This document shows, in pieces, positions 26,401 through 38,800 of a DNA stretch of 64,000 bases. The stretch lies in assembly GCA_965113315.1 (NCBI GenBank), contig OZ220364.1; one strand, given 5' to 3'. This DNA comes from Podarcis vaucheri. Its lineage: Eukaryota. The position numbers and the translations under genes are program-made. Within the stretch, counting starts at the first letter, position 1; the number at the start of each line of letters is the position of its first letter. The notes beneath the pieces were generated by a model that worked only from the letters and a program-made list of their open reading frames with translations, was not told the DNA's origin and made no database searches.

Positions 26401-27749
26401 CTGTTAAGTTCATTGACGAGGAAGGCCAGCACAGCAGCCTTTTTGTCAGGGGCTAGTGCCTGGAAGGGTTTAGTGCGCAAGCAGTCACATAGGTTCTCAT
26501 CTGCCCCATAGGCTATGAGGAAGCAGCGAAGGATCTCAGACACAGTGTCACGGTTCAGGCTTATCTCAGAGAGTTTCTCGCCAAGGATCTTCAGCGACTG
26601 GCAGGGGAAAGGAGAGGACAATAATCAAGATGTGTCTGCCATGCCAACAGGAGCATCCTGCACAGCATTCAAGACTCTTTCAGAAAACTACTACCACCAA
26701 GCCAAACCTTCACTTGGGAGTGATCTGTTCATGACAATGGGGTGATAATTAGCCTCCTCCACCACCTTAATGTCAACTCTAAACTGTTCTGTTTTTTAAA
26801 ATAATAGAACAAGAGTATGGCTGGCAATATGTGTTGGGTCCATAATGTATTGAGACTGCCCCACGGTTAGAACAATGGTTCTAAGCGAAACAGGCAAATG
26901 TGCTAATACGTCCAATTTGCAGGTTTTAGACTGCACACAATTTCTCTTTTCTTGGCGCAGAATTTTGATTAAGCTGCCTCCCTCGACCCTTTAAAGTACA
27001 AGTTTACATAGGGCTAGACAGAACTGATGGCAATAAGTAGAACAGATGCAAATAGATCACTGGGGAGGAAAAGAGCTACGAAGAGCAACAAAATCTCACG
27101 CCATGGTCAATGAAGCCTCCCTCCAAGCTCCCTCTCATAAAAGTATTTAGCAGATAATTCCATGCAACTTTTAAGTTCTCCCTGAAACCTTGAATGCTAG
27201 AAGCATTCTTTTTTAAAAATAAAATAAAATGAAAAATTCTATTCTCAGGAACCTGCACTGCAAGCCATAGTCTGCCACTAGCAGCAGGCTTGCAGCTATA
27301 GCAAGCCAGGATCCCTGACAATGATGCTTCTTCCTGTCCTCCACAGAAAGCAATCTAGTCTACATCCTACTCACAAAGTAGATACAGGAAAAAACCACAA
27401 TAGTCAGGCCTGCATGTATACCACAATTCCACGGGAGAACAGGAAACTTGCATAATGTGGTATTGGGTGCAGCTTCCTGAAACGCTCAGCTTTCATTTCA
27501 ATTAAAAATATACAACATTTTTCTAGCTTTCTGAGCTTTTCGTTTGCATAAAAGTGTGTAGGCAATGCCTACTAACATCTCAGAAGAAAGAGGGCTTGTT
27601 GAAACAGATTCTCAGTGTTTGGGGCAGAGTTTCAGTGCTTTGCACTGTTTGCTGCCCTTCCTCATAGTGAACTCGGAATATAAAAAATAAGAGAAATTGT
27701 GCAAATGTATTCAATTTTCCTTGGTGCAAAATTGGGGTTGTCTAAACAC

Positions 27750-27791
<42 letters not shown>

Positions 27792-30700
27792 TTAACACAC
27801 AGCTCTGATTATAGCATTTAGAATATTTGGCAAGCACCAGACTACAAACCCATTCCCTTTTCGCACCAGTACTTCAGTCCATATGATTTCTTATATTCAA
27901 ACATGCAGATTGATGTGACCCAGAACATACATACATGGGCTTACCTGGCAGAAGGGAGGCAGGCCAGGATCATACAGTGCAGCCTTCACCAGCTTCACCA
28001 GGAGGTCTAACACTTCACCCAAACTATCGCCTACATTGAAGAGGCCCTCTTGCAGGGTACTCAGACTGGGAACCTCCCTGGCTACATCAAAGCCCAGCAC
28101 CTTGCCATAGTTGTGTAGGAATTCCACAATGGCTAAGCAGTCTGAGAAAGCATGGCTGGGCAAAACCAATCCAGGGATGCGAGAAAATTCTGGAAGAGGC
28201 TGGGAAAGACAAAATATCAGTATAGAGCATCAGTACAGACTTGTGATCTAGCAGAATAGCTAGCCCTGCTCATACTGCAACTCAGCCACACGAAAGGCTG
28301 ATAATATACAGTGTCTAACAAGGTAGAAAATCACATAACATTTTCCCAGTGTGGAAAGCCTGCCAGCCCTCCAAAGCCAGATGCCCAGATTTCCCTGTCT
28401 CAAACTATATTAAATTCCACCAGGACAGATCAAGTCCATTCAGCAACATGAATAGATACAGAGGAGAACTAAAATGCCACAGAAAAATACTTTACTGTCT
28501 TAGTGAGATACAACTAAATAGCTCAGACAATCTTAGCCTTTTGGTGGAAGAACTAAATGAGCAACCCAGTAAATATATGACAGAACACTAAATCAGACGC
28601 TAAAATCTTATAATTGGCCATAGGTGACAGAACAATGTTGTGAGACAATCAAGTGACTCAGTTGAGCAAATATAGGAAAGTACTGAAAGGTTCACATATT
28701 TAAACAAAAATGCATTGTTTGTTTAGTATTGGTACAATTAAGGAATCTGGTGCAGAAAACTGGCATCCTGAGATGTTAATGTCTGAGCCACAGTCGCCGC
28801 CTCAGTTTCAGTGCCAGATATCATTTTGTGGTAAACCCAGAAGACCCGCTAAGCTGATGCTACACAACAAAATAGTGTTGCTTGGACGGGAGTGTCTTGG
28901 TAAGAGATTAGGACTTTCATGTTACAATAAACACATAGCTGCTACAGGTTTGAAAATTTCCCCTTCATAATATTTGGAACAGCATGGTATAGGCATAGTG
29001 CACTGTTCTATGCTGCATTATTTGCTACTGTTAGCATGCGGCAGAGAAACATACCATACCGTGACTTCATAACACTGGCAAGCTCCTCTAGATATTAAGA
29101 GGTGAAGGTAGGAATTAAACATTCAACTGCTATCTTTAATAGTGGCTCTGCTTTTACGTATCATGTAATTCTAGCCAAAGCTGTACAGGATAGTTAATAG
29201 TCTGGCAGACGTTTAGAAGATAAGGAGATGCTTAGGGCTTCCTTCATCAGCTGGCAGGGCTTCAACTACCTACACAGCTTTCTCTACCCACCTTTGCCCA
29301 TGACTCTTCTTCCCCCATCTCTACCCTTAATGCCAATCCACCCCAACTTTCGTAAGATTGTCCAAACCATACTGCAACCAACCAACCTCCCTCCGGACCC
29401 CCCAATCCCTCGCAAGGCCAACAAAAATAAATAATTTTATAAAGGACCTACCCACGTGAGGCTGACACAAAAATCCCTGCACAAGCATTATGCAATAGAT
29501 CATTATCCAATAAGATTCAATCAGATCATTGTGTCCCCATCTCTCTCCCCTCTTTCCTCCCAATGCCTATGACAATAGTATCTCATACCGAAAATAAACA
29601 AACTGTGAAAAAGACACTGTGAATTGAAAGTGGAGACGCTATGTTCTTTTCCATGCTTATTTGTTTGTTTTACAATACTTTTTTTAAAAAAAATAAAAAC
29701 TGATTTAAATAAATAAATAAACGAATGGAATAGGGGGCTGTCTCCCAACCTCTAAAAAGCCAAGCAATTCTATGCACCTGGTGGTCCCCTAGACACATAT
29801 CTTCAGTGGGCTTCTTCATTTCCTCCAGAATCATTTGCTGCCGCTGTCGTTCTTCCTGACGCCGAGCTAAAAGATTCTTATCCACCTTTCGGGGAACCTT
29901 GGCTGGTACTGGCAGCTTTTTTTCCTTGGGCTTCACTTTTTCTTTCAGCTTTGCCTTCTCCTTCAGCTTCTCTGGCTTATTCTTTTCTGGCTTGTTCTTT
30001 TCCTTCTTTACCTGGAGAGGAGGAGAGACATGGCAAGGTTTACATGCAATTCTTCAGGACCTGCCAACCTTCCAACTTTTCAAAGGGCCATTCCTGACCC
30101 ACCTTCGGCTTCTTTTTTACTTCCTTGGCCTTGACCTCTTTGGGCTTGAGTGCCTTGGCTTCTTGCCTCTGCTTATTTTGCACCTATGGAAAAAAATAAG
30201 CATGAGGAATTCTGTCAAGGAGAAAATCCACTCAAAAAGAAGAAACCTAAGGGGAAGGGGAAAGCCACTGCTCTGTCTTTACAGTAGTAGCTCCCAAAAC
30301 ATTTACTAGGAACATTTATCAATTAAAGTTTGACTGCTTTTCGGCTTAACTAGGAGATTCTTTTCCTATCTTTCATTAATTTATTTTCAATATTTATAGA
30401 CTGTTTTTCACTATATATGTGGTTTCCAAGTGCTTTACAAAGCAATAAAGAAATGCACCACTGCATTGACAACACATCAGTCAAATAATAAAACAGGTGT
30501 TTTAAACAGTAAAATCCACAGGTACAAACCTAAAAGAAGTCTCACACAACTTACTTAAAATATCTAATTGAATAGAAAGCTCTTTGTCAAGAACCTGTAA
30601 GTTCAACAGAGAGGGGGCTTGTCTGATCTCAGCTAGGAGGGGACTCCACAGAATTGGGCCCACAATAAACATGGCTCCTAGTGGATACCAGCTGAGCCAG

Positions 30701-32784
30701 GAGGGATCAATAACAGAGACTCCCCTGCTTATCTTGTGATCAGGCAGGGATATAATGAATCAGGCTGTCCTTCAAGTATCCAGGACTCAAATTGTTAAGG
30801 GCCTTGGAAATTAATAAAAGAACCTTAAACTTGCCCAGAAATATACAAGCAGTCAGTGCAAACTTTTAAGGACTGCAATTATGAACTGGTAGTGTGTCCC
30901 CACCAAGAGTTTAGCCACATTTTGCACCAGCTGGAGCTTCCAGCCAAGCCCAAGGGACAGACCCTTAATGCCCCGCTCCACAGCTAACTAGGGTAGCATA
31001 CATTCACATACTGCTTAGATTCACCACACAATCAATGGTGGGATTTGGCATTCTGAGCATCTCAGCTGTGAGTAAATGCTTCTATCCCTCATGGCTGTAG
31101 AGAAATGCCTAGAATTGCACCGAATTAGCGCACAAGCAGCGGGAAACTTATTCCTTGCTTTCCTGTCCCTAAAATACAAACCCATGTAATTTTTTTTCTG
31201 CATTCCACTATGCAATTCAAATCCTTTGCCAAAAAATAAATAAATCCATCCTTTTAAAATGTGAAAGCAGTGTTATGCCAACTGACTTGGACATATTCCA
31301 GACTTGGGTGTACAAGGGACAGACCCTTAATGCCAACATATCCTTATTGGCAACCAAAGAAGGAAGCTCTCATCACCCCCCCCCCACCTCACCCCTTCAG
31401 CTTGGGAAATGCTCCTTTCATCCCAAAAGCATCCGCCTCTTGCATAGGGAGAGAATACTGTGACCCCTTCCCACCAAGAATACACTGTCCTGTTCTACTG
31501 TATGTACCTTTTGCCTCATTTTCTTTTTGATCTTGCTCATCTTCAGCTTATCTTCATCACTGAGTACCTCTGCAAATACAAACGGAGAATGAGGGAATTT
31601 TTAAAAAATTGTGAGACTAGAACAGCCCGCCATTCCATACCTAATAGTATCCTTATGCTTTATAGCAGGCTTCCCAAAGTTGGTGCCCTCCAGATTTTGG
31701 GAGCAAAACTCCATCCATGATCAGGAATTAGAAGAGCTATTGTCAAACAACATCTGAAGGGCACTAGGTGGGGCAAGGCTGCTTTACATAAGGTACCACT
31801 TCTCCAAAAGATGTAGACTTAGGGTGATGTTCCTAAGATACACAAAAGGGGAGTGTGTCTCTATCTCAATTGTTAAAGTTTTATATCCTTCTCCAAAAAT
31901 GCCTATTAATGACTGCAACCCTGAATGAGCATCCATAACCACAAAATCTCTCATTACTACCTGCTGTGCTATCAGTCTACATAAGATCCCAAGATAAGAC
32001 ATAAACCAACATGTTCTCTTTAGAGTTTTTTCAACTGTACAGATACAGTTGACAGGAATCACCAAATCATTTCTCACCCCCTGAAAGTCACCACTTCTCT
32101 CTCAGGCACACCGCTATAGATGGGAGGCCTGTGTTCAGGAAAGCAGCAGTGCTCCTTCCCGTTTCCTCCTAGCCATAACCCATGTCTTTGAAAGGTAAGT
32201 AGAGAGAGCATTTTCCTCTCCCTGCCACCCCCCCCCCCGCAGCCGTACTGCCACTCAGAGGACCTGTCTGTTTATCTATCTGTCTGCCTGAATGTGTGTT
32301 GGGGCGAGGAGTAGGTCTGAATGTGTGTGCATGCTGAGTGTGTGTACGTTTGTGTGAACGCACATGTGTAACTTGGCCACGCACACTTCTGATCACATCC
32401 ACTGCTGGCATGCAGCCCTCAAAGGGTTAGGAAAAGGTTAGCCAATGCTGACTGGAAGCTACTCATGATGCACCAGGATTGACCACAATCTGTTTAAAGA
32501 TTGCTTGCGTGCAACCCACATAGAATTCTAGTCATATTTCTACTCCTGAAACTCTCAGCTAGTCTTTAAAAATATATATATATATATATATATTTGCTTT
32601 CGTAGATTTTCACGGGTACAGGAATGCAGGTTTTGGTGTCTTCGGGTGTCTTCCCGTGTAAGAGCTCTGTTCCAGTTACAAGAAGCCGAAAGCACCAGCC
32701 TGAAGATGACGAGTAAGACCTCGTCGAAACGTCGCCCAGACACCCCGACTCTTACACGGGAAGACACCCGAAGACACCAAAACC

Positions 32785-32831
<47 letters not shown>

Positions 32832-35800
32832 CACACAAGTTTTTATCCCTCATTGCTGTGGAGACACAAAGAAAGCTAGGAAGACAATGTCTGCAAGTGC
32901 TTCCAATCCTCTAGGGCAGAGCTTTTATGCCATGTTTAGCTACCTGCCCCTCCCCTCAGTCTCCAGTCATGTTCTCTTACCTATATACTTTTACTGCCCC
33001 TTGCTTATCCGTTTCTCTCTTCCTGCTGCCACACCGCTCCTTGACAAGAAATTCCAAATTTTGCAAAAACTCAAACATTAGTTTCCAGAAAAGGCATGCA
33101 AATGGAGATTGATGTAAAATAAGCAGATTTGCATGCATCTTGTTGATATATGCTTTAGTTTTGAGAGCAAAAATTGAATTTTCTTGGCACACAGAATGAA
33201 CAGCCCTGCCTCCAGAGACTGACAAACAACTCCTGCCACAAACTAAAGCTCTTTCTTGTGAAAGCTCCCAGCATGCAGAAAGGGCTTGTCCAGCTGGTAC
33301 CTTGGGCTTCCAGTCTTTTCAGAACCCTGGCATCCATCTTGCTCAGCAGGTCAGGCACTTTCACTTTGGGAGGACGGCCACGGCCACGTTTCACCTTGGG
33401 CATTTCCTTGGCCTTGGCTTTCTCAGTATTGCGGGGTCGGCCACGTTTGCCTGTGATGGCCTGGATCCGGGAAGGAATTTCCTCAGGCGTCAGCTGCACC
33501 CACTGCAGGCCCTGTGAAAGAAAGAAAGCGATACAGAAATAGAACCCTCCCAATCTCTACCAACTTCAACTGGTGCAGAGGTTTTCAGATTTTCCTCCTG
33601 CAAGGAAAAGTGATGCTTCCCAGTGGTGCTTCCTGTACACCCCAGTAAGTTCAGTCATTCCTGAACACAGATTCTAACTGATGTCAATAAAGGGATTATG
33701 AGGTAGGGAAGAGGTTGGCAAACTCTTTCTTCACAGTTTACCAACCCATAGTGCCAAGGCCCTATGATTGCACAGGACCTGGTTTTGAAATGATGTCACA
33801 GGAATTGGAGAATGGATCTATGCTGTCCTTGTGTCACAGTTATGAAACTGATAATAGGCACAGAAACATCTTGCGCCTTATAAAACTTCATTTGTATTGC
33901 TTCCCCTGAAGCACATGATCACCTACAGACAGCTGTAAACAAGATTGGTGCCAGTGATCCCTAGCAAACTCCTGGACTAACATCATTACTAACCTGGGGT
34001 GTGTCTCGCTCTTCAAAGAAGTCTCCTACTGGCATTCGAGGACTGAAGCTGAAGTGTTCACGACAGACATTCTGCACAATGTTTCTGCTCAGATACTGGA
34101 AGGGAAGTAAATTACCAAAATATGAGCTGATCAGATACTGTGTAGCATCTAGTCTCTTACTAGGGATGGGCTCTCTGAGGTGGACACCATGACTTGGTGA
34201 ATCCATCTTGAGAACGAAAACACACCCAAGAAATTCATGCTGGGTGTTGCCTAATGAAAGGGCTAATGCATTAACACACAAGGCCACTTGTTGTCTGGTA
34301 GAAAGAATCTGAAGAGGGTGAAGCTGATTTCTGGATTGATGCTCTAAAGCAGAAATCACATTCAGCACAATTAATAGTTCCCAAGCTCCAAGTGAAGGAA
34401 ATGGGAGTGACTACCTTGAGTCTTGTCTGAGAGGAAGTAACAAGGCTTGAAGCAGGGGGCAGGGGAAGAGATTGAAGAGTCATAGGCTATCTGAGATGCA
34501 GAACCACTGAACAATAACAAAGAGAGATAGTCAAGTAGTGCTGATCCCCATACTACTTTGCTTTCCAAACAGTTCTCTATACCAGTGGTTTTCAACCAGT
34601 ACGCCGTGGCACCCTGGTGTGCCTTGAATGATGGTCAGGGATGCCGCGGGCAACACTGGCCTCTGTCCCTCTTTCCTTCCCTCCCTCCTCTGATGCTTTC
34701 TCACATCTCTGCCTCCCAAAGGCTTGTGCGGCTGTTTGCTGCATCAGCCCTGGCTACAAGTTCAGAAGGCGAATGGTGCCTCTGGGTCTGGCCAGGGGGT
34801 GCTGGTTGCCTGGAGCTGAGGCGGCCTCGGAGTAAGCAAGCAAGTTGGCAGGGGAGCCCAGCCAGCCAGCCAGCCCTTGCTGTTGGGAATGGGCAGACAA
34901 GTCCCAGGCCCCTGTGGGGCAATGTGAGGAGGCACCTCTCTTTGGGGTGGGGTGGGGCAGCTCAGAGACCAGGGGCAGGGGCTGCCTGGAGGACTCCCAA
35001 GGAGAGGGGTGAGGAGAAGAGGCAGAGGGAACACTCCACAAGGGAATGTGTACAAAAAAGGCTGTCAGCTCTGCAGGCAAGGAGTCACATAACTGGGCTT
35101 CTGAGCCACACGGGAGTGCCACAAAAAGAATATAGCTGGTCAAGGGAGCCATGGCCTCAAAAAGGTTGGAAACCTCTGCTCCATACGGTATAAATGACAA
35201 AAGTTTATCAACTGTCACTACAAATATCATCTCAATATCAAACTGCTGCTCCGCAGGGCTGACTGCCTCCATCAGATCCAAGGCAAGGAAGAATCCCATA
35301 GCAACTCAGCATCCTGCCTTCCTCTACCACTGTGGCACAGTAAAAACCAGGGTCCTGGTAGTTACATCGAATGATTATTTTGCTTTATTTATGACTCACT
35401 TCCCATGAAACGTACCAGAGAGATTAACTATAAAAACAATTATAGGATTTCAAAGGCAAGTGAATCCACTCCTGTAGAAGGTCTCTTTGCCCTTGAATGA
35501 AGAAACAGGAACTGTGTCTAGGGAAAAGTGGCTCCCAGAAGAGCTCAAATCACCACCAATTCCCCTCTGAGAACTACACTTTACCTTTATCACCTCCGGA
35601 AACTGCTTCATCCTCTTGCCACAGGGCCCATAGTACCAGGTTTCTCCCTGCCAACGGCTGCTTCCCTTCTTGATATACACCTCCCTTCGCCACCTAAACA
35701 TAAAGGTGGCCTGTTAAAGACTAGATACATGCACTGTCCAATTCAAGGCATCATACCTTGATCAGCACCTTTTACAAGACAGAAACCCACCCCACCAAGC

Positions 35801-38800
35801 AGATGATGCTACCTACCCATGCTTTAAGGGGTACCGCACCTCTTCTGCTGTAGCTATCCGCCTTCTTGGAACATCACCTGAGCAGAAAGAACTACTGTTA
35901 CCAACACTAACAAGCACCGGCTAATGTTTTAAAATGCAGTCTAGGCAGCTGAGAGGTCTTCAGGAAATGGGTCTACTTACTTTTTGCTGATACACTGAAT
36001 GTTGAGGCCTCTTTACTGTCCCCCTCTATCATGGATGTGGAGTCTTCTGGGCAACTGCTCTTGGTTACCTCTTCCAAGGGGGTATCTAGAGCTTCTGGTG
36101 CAAGTGGTGCTTGTGAATCCAGAAATTCTGTGCCCTCTTGTCCTACTTCACTCACAGCTGTTAACTCCAGGCTGCTGTCTGCAGCAAAGAAGGCAAAAAC
36201 AGGTAAATGGGGATGCAGAGAGGAAAATAATTATAATCTAGAAAAGCGAACAGATGAAGAAGAGTAGGGGTTAACAGTACTTAGTTATACATCTACCTAC
36301 ACACTTAAAGAGTACTCACATAAATTACTCACTTTGCGCTAAGTCAGGGTTTGGAACCCCTGGCCTGTGGGTCAATCTTGGCCCATTAGGGGGTCCAATT
36401 TGACTTGTACCAACCCATCCATCAACTGATGACACTGGTGACATCAGCCGATGGGCAGGAGGTCAGGGTTTAATCCTGCCTTGGCTATGTGTTCTTTTCC
36501 CAGCATAGTTTTCCCTACTGTGCATTGTTTAAGACACTTCCAAGCAGACTTCAAGGAAAGGAGGGGAGAAAACTGAAGGCCTCACAGTACAGTGGTGCCT
36601 CGCAAGACGAAATTAATCCGTTCCGCGAGTCTCTTCGTCTTGCGGTTTTTTCGTCTTGCGAAGCACGGCTATTAGCGGCTTAGCGGCTATTAACGGCTTA
36701 GCGGCTTTAAGAAAAAGGAAACAAACTCGCAAGAACTCGCAAGACGTTTCGTCTTGCGAAGCAAGCCCATAGGGAAATTCGTCTTGCGGAACGACTCAAA
36801 AAACGGAAAACTCTTTCGTCTTGCACGTTTTTCGTCTTGCGAGGCATTTGTCTTGCGAGGTACCACTGTATATAAAAGAGACAAGTCATCTATACATTCC
36901 AAATTTAACCAATTCCTTATCTTCTATACTGAAGTTACTCAAGGGTTAGCACACATTTTCCATTCTATACTGTGGTTGCTATGAGATGCAAAGTCTACAT
37001 GCACCTCAAAAAGTAGATATACAGCTTCTTCAATAATGGCTAATATATCTCAGTACAGTTTAATAACAATCTACTGGGCATTATCACAGCACCCCCCTCC
37101 AGGACATTATGAAGTTAAGATTATGATTATCCTCAGACAATGGAAGAAATTTAATCCCCATCTATACCAAAACAAAAACATAATCGCTGTATAACCCTTC
37201 ATTTATACGTCTTCAAGTGAACATATGCTACAATGTTGCCAATAATTACAAGATAATTTATTACTAGAACACAGCCCACCAGGACTCTAGATTTCTTTCG
37301 TTACAACCCAGAAGAGTCAAACCATAAAATTTATAGTTCAATATTCCTCTAAACAAAGGGGCAGCTATGTCTCTTAGAACCTGTAGTCCTTTCTCACCTT
37401 GCAGAACAGACTCTTCAAGAACAGGCGCCAAACTGGCATTTCCAAAAAGTGAGGTGTCAGGCTGGCTGTCATCCGCCAATAGACTGAATGAGTCGGAAGG
37501 GTTGAGAGAGGGGCTGCCAGGACAATCCAGGGCAGAGATGTCAGGAGGGTCTTCCAGAGGAGATTTGCCACTCACCAGCTCGGATGTATCCATTTCATAA
37601 AGATCTCCTGTCCCTGGGTCTGCAATTTATGAATCGGGAGAAACATCTGTTGCTTAGCATCCAACTCAGCAGCCTCACCCCCACAATACTCTCAGCTAGG
37701 ATCACAGGATCACTTACATGCTCTAGAGCACTATTAATTTGCAAAATGAGACTCCGTCTTTAATACTACCCTTCTAAAGAGAGGGAGAAAACAGATTGCA
37801 ACTTGGACAAGGCCAACCATGATTTACTAAGGATTTGAAATCCAGTCCAAGTTCAACTTTCTAATCACTTGGTCACACTGGCTATGCAATTCTTTTTAGA
37901 AAACCACCTTTTTAAGACAAGATAGAAAACCATGAGTGCCTGCTTGTTAATAATAGCATTTTTATAGCATACTTTATATCCTGCTCTGTAATCTCTACTA
38001 CAGATGGAGCAGAATTATGTCCATATCACAGGGAGAAAACTGAAGCAGAGGGAATACAGGCACACCTAAGGCCAACAACACCTTCATGGCAGAAGGGGAT
38101 TTTAACCAGGGACTTCCCAGTTCACATGATTTTTCACACACGGAGAAGGGAATTGCCTGCGGTTTCATGAAAGTGAAAACCAACACAGTAATTAGATTTC
38201 CCCAGTTCCTGGGAGAATTTTCAGAAATGTGGAAAAACAAGATTATAAATTGGATCATCTATATATGAAAAGGTATTAGAAAAACTGATGAGAAACAACT
38301 TCCTCATCAACTTTCATAAAATCTGATGTTTTTGTTTAGGAAAACAATGATGTTTTCATACCTCTTCCAATGTTGCAAACCTATTACTCAGGAAGGTGGA
38401 TAAAGGAATAATATATCATTTTGAATTCAATTATTCTCAAGTGAGGTTGTAAATTGGGAAAGATGCTCAAGATGAAGGAATATATATGCCTTTATCAGTG
38501 TCAGCCACTTTCCTCATCTTAAGGGAGTTAAAATAATTAATTTGAGTGTTAATTGACTTTACAGTGGATAAAAAGTTTAGTAGCAAATACTGGAAAAGAT
38601 GTGGTCAGGATAGTGGCTTATAAACACAAGGCAATGCATGATAATTGAAGCATATGGGTATTAAAGCATGTTGGGGGACGGTGTTAAGAGCACGGTCAAT
38701 TAACCTATATATTGATTAATTATTGGGATATTGTAAGTAATATATTTCCAGTAAATATATCTGATCCAAAATCTATTAGGAGCAACAAGAATTGTAACTT

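Noticed and set aside
34558-35299. 211-aa and 181-aa ORFs in an intron
   Set aside because: They lie within a GC-rich non-autonomous hAT element and show no transposase motifs.
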